From Candidatus Marinacidobacterales bacterium (GTDB taxonomy: Bacteria; Acidobacteriota; Vicinamibacteria; Marinacidobacterales; SMYC01): a DNA stretch of 64,000 nt. Both the position numbers and the translations under genes were made by a program. Where the stretch lies: assembly GCA_965237955.1 (NCBI GenBank), contig OZ250169.1:3904001-3968000 (forward strand), written 5' to 3'. The notes beneath the pieces were generated by a model, which saw only the letters and a program-made list of their open reading frames with translations, had not been told where the DNA came from and searched no databases. Shown here one piece after another: positions 10,851 through 21,692 of this stretch (its first letter is position 1; each line of letters begins with the position of its first letter).

Positions 10851-11720
10851 GCCGCTGTCGGTCTGCGTTTCGCAGAAGAGGTCAACGAGCGCGCTGACGG
10901 AGAGCTCGTCATCGAGTTCAAAGGCGCAAGCGAGGTTTTCCCCGTATTCGACCAGCCCGAGGCGTTAGTGAGGGGCGTCATCGACGTTTGGTATGGCGCC
11001 CCGAACTACTGGGCAGGGGTGGTCGCGGGCGGTTATGTAACGGAACTTTCGCCTCTTCCCATTCCCGATGGCGGGCCTGGTCACGAACTGTTCGAGTTGA
11101 TGGTCCAGCTGTACGCGCGCAGGGGTGTTCGGTATCTCGGGCACTTCTCAGGTGCTCCGGGCACGGGCAATCACTTCATGTACGTCCAGCAGAGGATCGC
11201 ATCCATTGCCGACCTCGAGGGCATGAAGATCAGGGTTCCACCGTTGACGCGCTTCTTCGTCAACGGGGTGGGCGCCGAGCCGGTCACACTCCCGCCGGGA
11301 GAGGTTTACCTCGCCCTGGAACGCGGCACGGTGGAAGGCTTCACCTGGCCCTATTACGACGGGTTCACCAATTTCGGCTGGCATGAAGTGTCGAAATTCA
11401 TCGTCTCACACCCGCTGTATCGCAACGGGGCGAGCATCACGATGAATCTCGAGACATGGAACAGCCTTCCTGAGGACATGCAACACATCGTGTTGGATGC
11501 CGTGCGTGACATTCAGGTCTGGGCGCTGGAATGGATTGCGGCACAACAACGGGTGCAGCTCACGACGATGACAGCGGGCGGCATGGGTGTCATCTCGTTC
11601 TCCGAAACCGATGCTCGGCGCTGAGACGAGACCGCCAGCGCGACGTTGTGGGCCCAGTTTAAAAAGGTCATGAGCGCGGAGGATTTCAACAAAGCCAGGA
11701 CGCTCATGGGGTACAAGTGA
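10851..11720 (+). pseudogene. dctP: TRAP transporter substrate-binding protein, N-truncated, internal TGA at 11622-11624
   Basis: [40 protein letters not shown]; same frame continues past the TGA to 11720. Confidence 0.82.
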
Positions 11721-12235
11721 GACTTAGGATCACTCGTGTCTTCGATGCCATTGTGAATGTCAGCGCCGCATTGGCCGGCGGTCTGCTCGTGGCCCTCATG
11801 CTGGCGACCACCGTCAAGGTATTCTTTCGATACGTCTTGGGCGAAGGGCTTAACGGCGTCGATCAGATCAGCGGTACGCTGCTGCTCTACATCGCTTTTC
11901 TCGGGGCTGCGTGGGTAGCACGCGAAGACAAGCACGTGCGCGTCGATCTTCTGGTCAAGGGCCTGAGTCATCGATTACAGCGCTGGTTGGGCGTGGTGAC
12001 CTCCATCATCGGCGCCCTGACCTGCTTGATACTTGCGGCCTACGGCGCCGTGGAAGCCGCCACCTCCTGGCAGCGCGGCATATTCATTCCGGCTGAAATC
12101 GAGTTTCCGAGAGCCATCAATTTGGCCGTGATTCCGTTCGGCAGTTTCTTGCTGTGCCTTCAGTTCATCAGGAGTGCCCGGCGCTCGTTCATCGGCGAGA
12201 GGGTCCATGCCGCCAACAGCGAAAGAGGTGGGTAG
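11717..12235 (+). CDS. dctQ: TRAP transporter small permease
   Basis: Four hydrophobic segments, FLGAAWVAREDKHVRVDL. Confidence 0.88.
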   Translation: MRLRITRVFDAIVNVSAALAGGLLVALMLATTVKVFFRYVLGEGLNGVDQISGTLLLYIAFLGAAWVAREDKHVRVDLLVKGLSHRLQRWLGVVTSIIGALTCLILAAYGAVEAATSWQRGIFIPAEIEFPRAINLAVIPFGSFLLCLQFIRSARRSFIGERVHAANSERGG

Positions 12236-12237
12236 GC

Positions 12238-13549
12238 ATGGAGTGGTGGGCGTGCATGCTGTTGTTCTTCGGCGGTCTCATCATTCTGTTACTGACGGAG
12301 CTTCCGGTCGTGTTCGCCTTCATGCTGGTCAATGTCGTCGGGGTCTACCTACTCTGGGGCGGAACCATTGGTCTCGAACAGCTCATTCTCAGCATCGATA
12401 GCTCCGTTTCGACGTTCGTGCTGGTGCCGGCCGATGTTCATTCTCATGGGCACGGTGATGTTCCATCCCGGTGTTGCCTTCAAGATGATAGATGTGCTCG
12501 ATCAATGGCTCGGGGCCATCGCGGGCCGGCTGTCTTTGCTCGCGGTAGCTGCCGGTGCGCTGTTTGCAACGCTCACCGGAGTCGCGATGGGTAGCGTGGC
12601 CATGCTGGGATCCACACTCGGGCCGGACATGGAAAGATGAGGCTACAGCAAATCCATGTCGCTCGGACCGATTCTCGCCAGCGGGAGCCTCGCCATCATG
12701 ATCCCCCCGAGCGCCCTTGCCGTGATCTTGGCCAGCTTCGGCAAGTTCTCCGTGGGTAAGCTCTTGATGGGGATATTGCTCCCAGGCTTGCTGCTGGCCG
12801 GTGTCTACACGGTCTATATCATCGTGAGGTGCACGCTTCAGCCAAGTCTGGCCCCCGCCTACGATGTCGCCCCGACGCCAATAGGACGTCGCATTGCAGA
12901 CACCTGTCGCTACGTGGTGCCGCTCGTGTCGGTCATCTTCGTCGTAGGCGGAACCATCTTTGCCGGTGTCGCCACTCCGACGGAAGCTGCCGCTATCGGT
13001 GCGCTCATGTGCTTCGGGCTCGCGGCAGCCTACGGGAAATTGAGCTTTCAGGTCATCAAGAATGCGGTGGGCACGGCAACATCTATTTCGGTCGTGGTCT
13101 TGATCATCCTCACTGGCTCAGCCGTTTTCGGCCAGCTGCTGGCCTTTGCCGGGGTCACTGTGGGCATCACCCAGCTGGTTGGAAACCTGTCCGTACCCCC
13201 CACCATCATCCTTCTCTCGTTGCAGCTCGTCGTGCTGCTGCTGGGCATGTTCATCGAGCAGACTTCCATCGTCATGGTCACGATCCCGATATTCATGCCC
13301 ATCGTCGGCGCCCTGGGGTGGGACCCGATATGGTTTGGCGCGATCATGCTGCTCAACCTGGAGATGGCGACCATCTCCCCGCCTTTTGGATTGTCGCTGT
13401 TCGTCATGAAGAGCATCGCCTCACCGGACACCTCGATGGGCGATATCTACCGGGCGGCTCTCCCGTTCGTGGGGCTGAACATTGTCGTGATGGCAATCAT
13501 GATCGCGTTTCCGCCGATTGTGCTGTGGCTTCCCGACTTGATGAGATAG
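12238..13549 (+). pseudogene. dctM: TRAP transporter large permease (frameshift ~12428, TGA at 12638-12640)
   Basis: PMFILMG, GSLAIMIPPS, ATPTEAAA, SPPFGLSLF. Confidence 0.85.
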
Positions 13550-13551
13550 CA

Positions 13552-13587
13552 GGAGAAGACGCCTCCATCACTTCGGGCGTCTTCTCC
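13552..13587 (+). terminator. 12-bp perfect hairpin after dctM
   Basis: GGAGAAGACGCC-N12-GGCGTCTTCTCC; no U-tract. Confidence 0.45.
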
Positions 13588-13750
13588 CGAGATGGCAATC
13601 TCGAAGACGTTCTTTGCAAGATCCACAGCGATCGTCGTATCTTTCATTCGGACTCCTCCTTTTCGATGCGTATTCGACTGACTTTGGCACATCGATGCCG
13701 TCTATGTCAGCGGAGGAGTCCATTCCATCACTTGATGGCAGAAGCACCCG
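13588..13750 (-). mobile_element. IS110 (IS1111-like) left end with first ~20 transposase codons
   Basis: RBS plus MKDTTIAVDLAKNVFEIAIS (DEDD RuvC start); upstream ATGGACTCCTCC subterminal motif; 33-bp near-copy at ~3667-3699. Confidence 0.75.
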
Positions 13751-13804
13751 TGAGAGAGCGGGGCTGCCTCTTCGCCAAGGCTGTGGCCAAGCAGGGCCAT
13801 TCCG

Positions 13805-16800
13805 TCAAACCGAATCGTCGGTCATTGGGGCTTTCTTGGTCAGAACCGGTTTCAGGTTCCGGCGTTTGAGCTGCTCGTTCAACGCTACGAGATCGCTCTC
13901 CAGAACACCTTGCAGATTCCGAAGATGTCCGTCCAGCTCCGGCGAAAGCTCCTCGAACACCTTGTAGGCAGCGTCCGTTGGGCGCGCATCGCCGTTCTCC
14001 ACGCTGTACCTCAGGTAGGCCAGCCGGTTGTTGATTCTAATGGAGAAGTTGAACGGATCCTGAGGGCTTTGGTTTTTGACCTGGTAAATCTCCTGCTCGA
14101 TCGTCGCGATCTTTCCGAGCAGACTCTGGGCGGTGCGGTTCAGCCTGCTGTCGCTGGACTGTTCGAGTCGGTCGTTGACCTGGGCGCGGATGTCGCGAAT
14201 CTGGATGACCGCTTCGTGGGCCGCGCTCGTCTTATCTCGGATCTTGGAGGCGAGATCGAACTGCTTCTTTAGATCGGCCACGGTGACGCCCTTGAGCCGC
14301 GGGTCCATCTGTATCTCGAACGACTGCGTCACGGTCTTACCGGCCGCGGTAAGGCGGACCTGGTAGCGTCCGGGAGGGGCCTTCGGCCCGCTCTGCGGCG
14401 AGGCACCACTGATGACCATCCCCTCGAAGGTCGGCGCGCCTGGATAGCGTAGATCCCACTCGAATCGGTTCAGGCCGGCGTGGACGGTTGGCGGCGGCCG
14501 GCGGAAGGAAGGCGCGGGGCTCGGCTTCTTCTCGTCCTCGGGCGTACCGGCGACTTTACGGATAACCTTGCCCGTGTCGTCCAGGATCTCGGCGGTGACC
14601 TTATCCACCGCGTCCTTGAGATAGTACTGGACGACCGCGTTGCCCAACCCCCGCACGGCGGGGTGAGGCTCGAAGAGGGTCAGGGAGGCTTGATAGACCT
14701 CCGGCGTGATCTGGCGCAGGGGATCGATGTCGTCCAGGATCCAGAAGCCCCGGCCGTGCGAGCCGACCACCACGTCGTGGTCCTTGACCACGAGGTCGCG
14801 AATCGGCGTGTCCGGCAGATTGAGCTGGAGCGACTGCCACTGGTCGCCGGCGTCGAAGGACACGTACACACCGTGCTCCGTACCCAGGAAGAGAAGGTCT
14901 TCTCGCACCGGATCCTCCCGCACCGCCCGCGCAAAGTGGCCCGCTGGGATGCCGTTGACAATCTTCGTCCAGCTCTTGCCGTAGTCGCGCGTCCGGAAGA
15001 CGTACGGCTCGCGGTCGTCCACCTGGTAGCGATTGGCCGCCACGTAGAGCGTGCCCGGGTTATGCCGCGACTCGTCGATGATGCTGATGCGGCTGAACTT
15101 CGGCATGTCGGGAGGCGTGATGTTCTCCCAGTTCTTACCGCCGTCTCTGGTGATGTGCATCAACCCGTCGTCCGAGCCGGTCCAGATGGTGTTCACGTCG
15201 TGGTAGGAGGGGGCCAGGGCGAAGATCGTCGCGTAGATCTCCGGTCCGTCCATGTCCATGGTGATGAGGCCCCCGGTGGGTCCCAACGTTTCCTCGTCGG
15301 CGAGAGTGAGATCGGGGCTGATCTTCTCCCAGCTCTGTCCATCGTTGGTGGTCTTCCACAGGTGCTGCGAGCAGGTGTAGAGGATGTTCTCGTCGAGGGG
15401 AGAGAACATATTGGGATAAGTCCACTGCCACCGCTCCGGATACGCGCTCGACGGCTCGCCGAGGAAAAACCGCGGGTAGACCTGGATGTCCCGGATCTGG
15501 CCGTTCGACCGGTCGTAGCGCGTCAAAAGCCCCCCCCGGCTGCCGGCGCCGCAGGCGTAGAAGATGTCCAGGTTGGTGGGGTGCTGCGATATCCACGCGC
15601 TCTCGGCGCCGCCCACCTCGTAGTACCAGCCGTGATTCGGGCCGCGGGCTTGCATGTAATCCCAGCCCCCGCTGGGCACGCACACCGTGGAGTTGTCTTG
15701 CTGCGCGCCGCAGACGTGGTACGGGAAGTCGTTGGTCGCGATGACGTGGTAGAGCTGGGTGGTGGGGAAGTCCTGCTCGGACCAGGTCTCCCCGCCGTTG
15801 ATGGAGACATTGCCGCCCCCGTCGTTGGCATTGATCATTCTGAGCGAGTTGTTTGGGTCGATCCACAGGTCGTGGTTGTCACCGTGAGGCACCTCAATCC
15901 GGATGTCGAAGGTCTTGCCGCCGTCGGTGGACTTGTAGAAACTGGTGTTGAGACCGTAGACGGTATCCCGGTCCAGCGGGTCCGCGTAGATCCGGGTGTA
16001 GTAGAAGGCTCGCTGACGGAGCTTTCGCTCGTCGTTGGTCCGTATCCAGGTGGCTCCGGCGTCGTCCGAGCGAAAGACACCGCCCTCGTTCGCCTCCACC
16101 ATGGCCCAAATCCGATTGGGGTCCGCCGGTGAGACCGTCACCCCGATCTTTCCGATCGGCGGCTCGGGCATGCCGGGATTTTCGGTGAGCTCGGTCCAGG
16201 TGTCGCCGCCGTCCGTGGACTTGTATAGCCCGGAGTCCGGCCCGCCACTCGACAGAATCCAGGCCTTGCGGTAGACCTGCCAGAGCGATGCGTAGAGAAC
16301 CTCCGGATTTTTCCGGTCGATGATGAGATCCACCGCCCCCGCCTTGGGACTCACATAGAGGACTTTCTCCCAGGTGTTGCCCCCATCGGTGGAGCGAAAG
16401 ACCCCGCGCTCCTCGTTGTCGCCGTAAGGGTGTCCGAGCGCCGCGACATAAACGATGTCGGGATTGGTGGGGTGCACGCGGATGCGAGAGATCGCCTGTG
16501 TATCCGCCAGGCCCAGGTGCCGCCAGGTCTTGCCGCCGTCGGCGGTCTTGTAGACGCCGTCGCCCTGGGTGATGCTGCCGCGGAGCTGGGTCTCGCCCAT
16601 GCCAATGTAGACGACGTCAGGGTTGGTTTCCGCTACGGCCACCGCGCCCACCGAGGAGCTGGTCACCTGACCGTCGGTGACCGGGAACCAGGTGTCGCCG
16701 CCGTCCGTGGTCTTCCAGAGCCCGCCGCCGGTGGCGCCGAAGTAGTACTCGTTGGGCCGGCCGGGGCTTCCCGAGCAACCGATCGACCTCCCCCCGCGGT

Positions 16801-17161
16801 TGGGTCCGATGTTGCGCCAGGAGAGGGTGCTGAAGAGCTCCGCGTCGAAGGTGATCTCCGCCGGGGAGGCGGATGAGCGGGCGTGTAAGGTGCCGCTCCC
16901 GGCGAAGCCGGACATCTCGAAGACCATGTCATAGGTCCCCGGCTCGAGGTTCGGAAAGCGGTAGCTGCCGTCGACCTCGGTGGTGGCCACCCTCTCGCCG
17001 ATGATATCTGTGCCGGTCAGGGTTATGGTGACGCCCGGGAGAACGAGCCCCTGCGCGCCCTTGACCACACCATCCAAGATTCCAGTGGTGAGCTGGGCTC
17101 CAAGCAAGGAGCAAAGCCCCAGGAAAATAATGGCTAAGATTAACAGTTGTTTACGGAACAT
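13805..17161 (-). CDS. VPS10/BNR-repeat glycosyl hydrolase-like protein with N-terminal carboxypeptidase-regulatory-like domain
   Basis: WRNIGPNRGGRS, repeated SxDGGxTW Asp-boxes; N-terminus GVVKGAQGLVLPGVTITL...GSYRFPNLEPGTY. Confidence 0.88.
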   Translation of the reverse strand: MFRKQLLILAIIFLGLCSLLGAQLTTGILDGVVKGAQGLVLPGVTITLTGTDIIGERVATTEVDGSYRFPNLEPGTYDMVFEMSGFAGSGTLHARSSASPAEITFDAELFSTLSWRNIGPNRGGRSIGCSGSPGRPNEYYFGATGGGLWKTTDGGDTWFPVTDGQVTSSSVGAVAVAETNPDVVYIGMGETQLRGSITQGDGVYKTADGGKTWRHLGLADTQAISRIRVHPTNPDIVYVAALGHPYGDNEERGVFRSTDGGNTWEKVLYVSPKAGAVDLIIDRKNPEVLYASLWQVYRKAWILSSGGPDSGLYKSTDGGDTWTELTENPGMPEPPIGKIGVTVSPADPNRIWAMVEANEGGVFRSDDAGATWIRTNDERKLRQRAFYYTRIYADPLDRDTVYGLNTSFYKSTDGGKTFDIRIEVPHGDNHDLWIDPNNSLRMINANDGGGNVSINGGETWSEQDFPTTQLYHVIATNDFPYHVCGAQQDNSTVCVPSGGWDYMQARGPNHGWYYEVGGAESAWISQHPTNLDIFYACGAGSRGGLLTRYDRSNGQIRDIQVYPRFFLGEPSSAYPERWQWTYPNMFSPLDENILYTCSQHLWKTTNDGQSWEKISPDLTLADEETLGPTGGLITMDMDGPEIYATIFALAPSYHDVNTIWTGSDDGLMHITRDGGKNWENITPPDMPKFSRISIIDESRHNPGTLYVAANRYQVDDREPYVFRTRDYGKSWTKIVNGIPAGHFARAVREDPVREDLLFLGTEHGVYVSFDAGDQWQSLQLNLPDTPIRDLVVKDHDVVVGSHGRGFWILDDIDPLRQITPEVYQASLTLFEPHPAVRGLGNAVVQYYLKDAVDKVTAEILDDTGKVIRKVAGTPEDEKKPSPAPSFRRPPPTVHAGLNRFEWDLRYPGAPTFEGMVISGASPQSGPKAPPGRYQVRLTAAGKTVTQSFEIQMDPRLKGVTVADLKKQFDLASKIRDKTSAAHEAVIQIRDIRAQVNDRLEQSSDSRLNRTAQSLLGKIATIEQEIYQVKNQSPQDPFNFSIRINNRLAYLRYSVENGDARPTDAAYKVFEELSPELDGHLRNLQGVLESDLVALNEQLKRRNLKPVLTKKAPMTDDSV

Positions 17162-17405
17162 ACGCCCTCCTTTCAATTCACAGCGTGTTACTTGCCCGAA
17201 AGGGCAGTGTAATCGGGAAAGGCGACGGTGATTCCCCGGCGTAACGAAAAGGAGGCTGCTCGGCCATCTTCGACCCTTTTTTTCAGAGAATGACAAAGAG
17301 GTGATAGCAAAACCCCCGCTTGGCTGCTGCAATGGCTGGGGCGCCTTCTTCAGCATCTCCGCCACCTCGCCGATGTAGCGAGAATAAGGGTGTCATTATA
17401 ATTGA

Positions 17406-17510
17406 GCCTCTTCTGCCATTTCAGTGGATCCTCTCGAGTGTGAGACCGCCGCAGTTTAGGTAGACGAGACTGATGAGAGCTTCGGCAGAGTGGAGCCCGT
17501 AGCTGCGGTT
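17406..17510 (-). mobile_element. Solo right-end remnant of the ISL3 element
   Basis: Reverse complement is a near-copy of ~48710-48814 (last codons plus IR). Confidence 0.85.
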
Positions 17511-17807
17511 GTCTCTCATCATTATTAAAATGACCGGGCCTGTCCCTTCCGTAGTAGGAAGACGAAGCTACCGGAACACGCGGCGCTTTCGGCTACAATG
17601 AGTTTCACCACCGAAACGGAGCCTTTTGCGCAGCATGGAAGCGTCGCAACGTCGCCGGTGGGTGAAGTGGCTGGCCGCCCCCGCGCTCGCACTCACGAAT
17701 GTGAGGCGTTATCATCATCCCCCGCACGCAACGTAGATAGCGTTAGAAGGCGGCGCAGCCGATCTAGGTGTCATCGCAAAGTGAGACCGCTCCCGGAGGC
17801 CTGAAAC

Positions 17808-18797
17808 GTGGAATACCGGAGACTGGGCAATACGGATATCGAAGTCTCGGTGATGGCGCTCGGCTGCTGGGCCTTCGCGGGCGGCGCGGTCTGGGGCGAT
17901 CAGGATGACGACATATCGATCGCGACGGTGCACGCGGCACTGGACACAGGGATCAACTTCTTCGACACGGCAGAGTTCTACGAGAAAGGCCATTCTGAAC
18001 GCGTCCTCGGACGCGGCCTGGAAGGCCGGCGCACAGAGGCGGTCATCGCGACCAAGGTGAGTCCGAATCACCTGACCCCGGAAGGGATCGCATCTGCCTG
18101 CGAGGAGAGCCTCGTGAACTTAAGGACGGACTATATCGATCTGTACCAGATCCACTGGCCGAATCACGACATCCCGATCGAGACGTCCTGGCGCGCGCTC
18201 GAAGATCTGGTGCAAGACGGGAAAGTCCGCGCTCTGGGTGTAGCAAACTTCGCCATCGGTGATCTATCCGATCTGATCGAGGTGGGCCGGCCGGAAGCGA
18301 ATCAGCTGCCCTACAGCTTGCTATGGCGGGCGATCGAGTTTGAAATCCTGGCGCTCTGCCGCGAGCGTGCAATCGGGTTGATCTGCTACAGTCCGTTCGC
18401 GCAGGGGCTGCTGACGGGACGCTACGCGACGGCGGACGAGGTGCCGGATGGACTCGCGCGGACGCGATGGTATGCGAGCACCCATCCACTGGCCATTCAC
18501 GACGAGCCCGGATGCGAAGAAGCCGTTTTCCGCGCCCTCGCGGGCATTCGCGACGTGAGTGAGCAGGTCGGCGCTCCCATGGCGAGCGTGGCCCTCGCCT
18601 GGGTGAGGCAGCAGAGGGGGATAACGTCGTTTCTGGTGGGGGCCCGGAATCCGCAAGAGCTCGAGCGCAACCTGCCATCGCTTTCGCTGGAGCTGGACGC
18701 CGTGACGACGGCCGAGTTGGAGCGCTTGACACAGCCGGTCAAAGACGCGATCGGTCGGAACCCTGACATGTGGATGTCCAACTCCCGGATGCGGTGA
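17808..18797 (+). CDS. Aldo/keto reductase
   Basis: GINFFDTAEFY, DYIDLYQIHWP, YSPFAQGLLTG. Confidence 0.93.
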   Translation: MEYRRLGNTDIEVSVMALGCWAFAGGAVWGDQDDDISIATVHAALDTGINFFDTAEFYEKGHSERVLGRGLEGRRTEAVIATKVSPNHLTPEGIASACEESLVNLRTDYIDLYQIHWPNHDIPIETSWRALEDLVQDGKVRALGVANFAIGDLSDLIEVGRPEANQLPYSLLWRAIEFEILALCRERAIGLICYSPFAQGLLTGRYATADEVPDGLARTRWYASTHPLAIHDEPGCEEAVFRALAGIRDVSEQVGAPMASVALAWVRQQRGITSFLVGARNPQELERNLPSLSLELDAVTTAELERLTQPVKDAIGRNPDMWMSNSRMR

Positions 18798-18989
18798 GTT
18801 TTTTCTCTCGCTCAGTTCATGGCTAGAGAACGCAAGGGCGCAACGGCGCCGACCGACAGGGCACCAATAAAGGATAGGAGATTCTATACGGCCGGCGCGC
18901 CGGATTCGCGAGAATTCTCCCCGGGGGCGAGGGGGTTACGCGTTGGGGCGGTCGGGAATCGAGGGAAAAGGGGAACACCGACCTCGACC

Positions 18990-19200
18990 TGCTACTTGAT
19001 CAACGATCGCGACTCGAAATTCTGCGCGTCGTTTCAGCTGACCATCGAAGCGGTGGGTATCAAGACAGTCAAACTGCCTGCGAGAAGCCCGGATTTGAAT
19101 TCATTCGCGGAGCGCTGGGTGAAGTCAGTGAAAGGATGAGTGCCTGTCGAAGCTCATCCTCTTCGGGGAAAGGTCCCTTCGACTCGCGCTGAAGGAGTAG
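18990..19200 (+). pseudogene. Integrase-core (rve) transposase fragment
   Basis: YLINDRDSKF...PARSPDLNSFAERWVKSVK(D)ECL; no N-terminus. Confidence 0.75.
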
Positions 19201-19300
19201 ACCAAGCGCATCTAGGCGTTCGCGCGGGCCGACGTCGCTATGAGCGCGACCCGTTTCTGAAGCTTCTTATCTCGGGCCCCTTCTCTTTCGTGGCGTGGGG

Positions 19301-20094
19301 TCACGCCGGTACCGCGTCGCGCGCGATGTCCCCTGCGTCGTCGATTGAGCTCACGCCCCAGCACAGCTCGATGAGCTGTCGGGTTCGAGCGCCCGAGAGC
19401 ACACCTTCCGCCTGGCCTCGGAATTTCGCTTCCAGATCGGCGTCCGTCATCGGACGCTCCAGGCTTCCGATGGCGTGTAAGACGTGCTTGTCGATCGTCC
19501 GTCCGTCCTTGAGCGTCACCGAAACGTAGGCTTCGTCCTCCTCGACGGCAGGATCCACCGCCGCCGAGACGCGGTCGCGGACCGCCACGATGGTCCGGTC
19601 GCGGACGGCGTCATCGGTGTATTCCTTTTGACCGGCTGAACCTCGCACGAAAGCCACCGCGGCCGAGTGAAACACGCTGAACTTGCCCTCGAGCCCGGTG
19701 GACGGAGTTTTCTTGCCCGTGAGCTACAACACGAGCGGGTTCACCCGGAGCTCGACCCGGGTGATGTCGGACGGCTCGAGAGCGTGCTCGTTTCTGAGCT
19801 GGACGCATCCGTCGATGATGGGGTGGATTACGATGCCACAGGCGAAAGGTTTGTACGTGTTGCGCTCGACTTCGAACGTCTCTCCGAGTCCCTTCGTGAC
19901 GTGGGTGAAGTCGTGCTCGGCGGACATCGTGTTGGCGAAGCCGCGCGTCGCTTCGAGGCTACGATCGGAGCTCGTGAAGTTCTTGGACGCGAGTAGCGCG
20001 GCCGTCACCCCATTCTGGGCGGCTCGGCCGGGGTGAAAGGATTTACACATCGTGCCGAACATCTCGCGAAGCCCCGCCGATTGCGTCGCGGCGA
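19301..20094 (-). pseudogene. MmgE/PrpD family protein, C-terminal part (in-frame TAG at 19724-19726; N-terminus removed at IS5)
   Basis: GTMCKSFHPGRAAQNG, YKPFACG, LEGKFS, GSLERPMTD. Confidence 0.88.
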
Positions 20095-21181
20095 TGCCTT
20101 GGTGCACAACTCCGATAGAGGCCGATAGCTCGCTTGGCCCCGACTCCCATCATCCGATCATCTCGCTATCAGGCATCCCGAGCGCCGTCATGGTGTTGAG
20201 AATCTTGCACCCGATCCTTGCCTCGACTCTCTGTGCCGCCAACCCTCTCGCTCGCATCGCTGAGCCCACGATAGCCTTGTAGCGATGGAACGTTGTCTCG
20301 ACTTTGCTCCGTTTGCTGTAGCCCGATTCTGTGTGCCACTTTCGTTTGCCGAGCCGAGCTTGTGCTGCAATGTTGCGATTGCGCTGTCGGCTGCTCGCCG
20401 GCCCCGATGCGAGCTGGGCGCCCTTGCGCGGCGGTATCAGCACCCTCGGCGAGCAATGAGCGCTGTGATTCTCGATTGCCTCATAGACGCCGCCGGCGTC
20501 GTATGCGGTGTCAGCTCTGGCAGATGAGATGGGACTGTCGATCTGTCCGACAAGCGATGCAACCCGCGATGAATCGCGGGCTCTTTTGCTCGTCAGCTCG
20601 CCGGCGACGACTTCGCCACTCTGCTCGTCGACACACAGATGGAGCTTGCGATAGTCCCTGCTCTTTGGTGCTCTGCGCAGCTGGCCGGCGTGGACAGCGA
20701 GACCGCTGCTGTCGATCAAGATGTGCAACGGCGTCTTCTGCTTGTCTTGGTAGAAGGGGACCTTACCCAGCTTCGCCTTGCGCCTCGAGATCGTGGTGTG
20801 ATCGGGCACATCATTGTCTAGCTTCATCAGAGCGAACAACGATCGCAGCAATCCCTCGCTCTGCCTAGATGACAGATGAAACACCATGCCCAGGGTGACA
20901 GCCGTCTCGATGGCGTGGTTCGAGTACTTGCGTTGACGGCCCGGTTTCCTCCTCCTCGGCCGGGGCGCGTCCCAGTTCACAAGCTTGCCGGCGGTGAGCG
21001 AGATCCAGACGGTCAGGCTCCCACGGTTGCGTAGACCCGCCTCATATTCACGCCAATTCCTCACGCGATAGGCCTTCTTCACATACTTCCGCTGAGTGCG
21101 TTTGAAAATGCTCATGGGGAACCTCGAATCCGTGAGTAAAGGACAATTGTGGACCGAGATCGCGAGTTGTGCACCAAGGCA
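20095..21181 (-). mobile_element. IS5-family (IS903 group) element, copy 1
   Basis: Perfect 18-bp IR TGCCTTGGTGCACAACTC; no TSD seen. Confidence 0.92.
20150..21115 (-). CDS. IS5-family transposase
   Basis: NWREYEAGLRNRGSLTVW, PDHTTISRR, IDSSG, ADTAYD, GYSKRSKVET. Confidence 0.93.
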   Translation of the reverse strand: MSIFKRTQRKYVKKAYRVRNWREYEAGLRNRGSLTVWISLTAGKLVNWDAPRPRRRKPGRQRKYSNHAIETAVTLGMVFHLSSRQSEGLLRSLFALMKLDNDVPDHTTISRRKAKLGKVPFYQDKQKTPLHILIDSSGLAVHAGQLRRAPKSRDYRKLHLCVDEQSGEVVAGELTSKRARDSSRVASLVGQIDSPISSARADTAYDAGGVYEAIENHSAHCSPRVLIPPRKGAQLASGPASSRQRNRNIAAQARLGKRKWHTESGYSKRSKVETTFHRYKAIVGSAMRARGLAAQRVEARIGCKILNTMTALGMPDSEMIG

Positions 21182-21307
21182 GCTCGTAAAGGCTTCGAAC
21201 CGCGTTGGATATTATGGAACTCAATCAGGACGGCCTTTGCGAGTCTGGCATCCGCCCTGTTAATAGTTCTACTATTCAGACTTTGAAGAGCAAGGACGTA
21301 GCGACAT

Positions 21308-21462
21308 ATGATCTGTGTCACTGGAGCAGGTGGGACCGTCGGTAGCGAGCTCATCAAAGGGCTTGAATCAGCAAAGGCCCCGTTCCGCGCGGCCTACTTC
21401 TCGAAAAAGAAGGCGGAAGCCGCACGGGCGAAAGGGATCGACGCCGTCATCATGGACTACGT
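21308..21462 (+). pseudogene. NmrA/NAD(P)-binding protein N-terminal fragment
   Basis: MICVTGAGGTVGSEL Rossmann motif; truncated after ~50 aa. Confidence 0.7.
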
Positions 21463-21545
21463 CTTGTGGCTCTGTGCCTTCGTCTTCTACGAGTCGAAAG
21501 CTTAATCCACGCTCTCAAGGTTGGGCAGGCCTCAATACATAATGT

Positions 21546-21692
21546 CTATCTGTTCACTCCCCGGGCCCCACCCAGGGCCTGGGCGATGGTCACCTCTCCC
21601 AGCTTCTTGTCCCCGTGCTTTTTCACCAGGGCCGTCGTCCTCGGGCGCCAGGCTTCGATCTTCTGGCGCAGCTTCTCCTTCAGCTTCGACAT
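21546..21692 (-). pseudogene. Citrate synthase N-terminal fragment
   Basis: MSKLKEKLRQKIEAWRPRTTALVKKHGDKKLGEVTIAQALGGARGV resembles eukaryote-type citrate synthase N-termini; RBS AGGAGGA upstream. Confidence 0.75.

Noticed and set aside
11622-12640. Selenocysteine or alternative genetic code for the TGA codons in dctP/dctM
   Set aside because: Not Cys-motif positions, no SECIS seen, and TGA is a normal stop elsewhere in the window.
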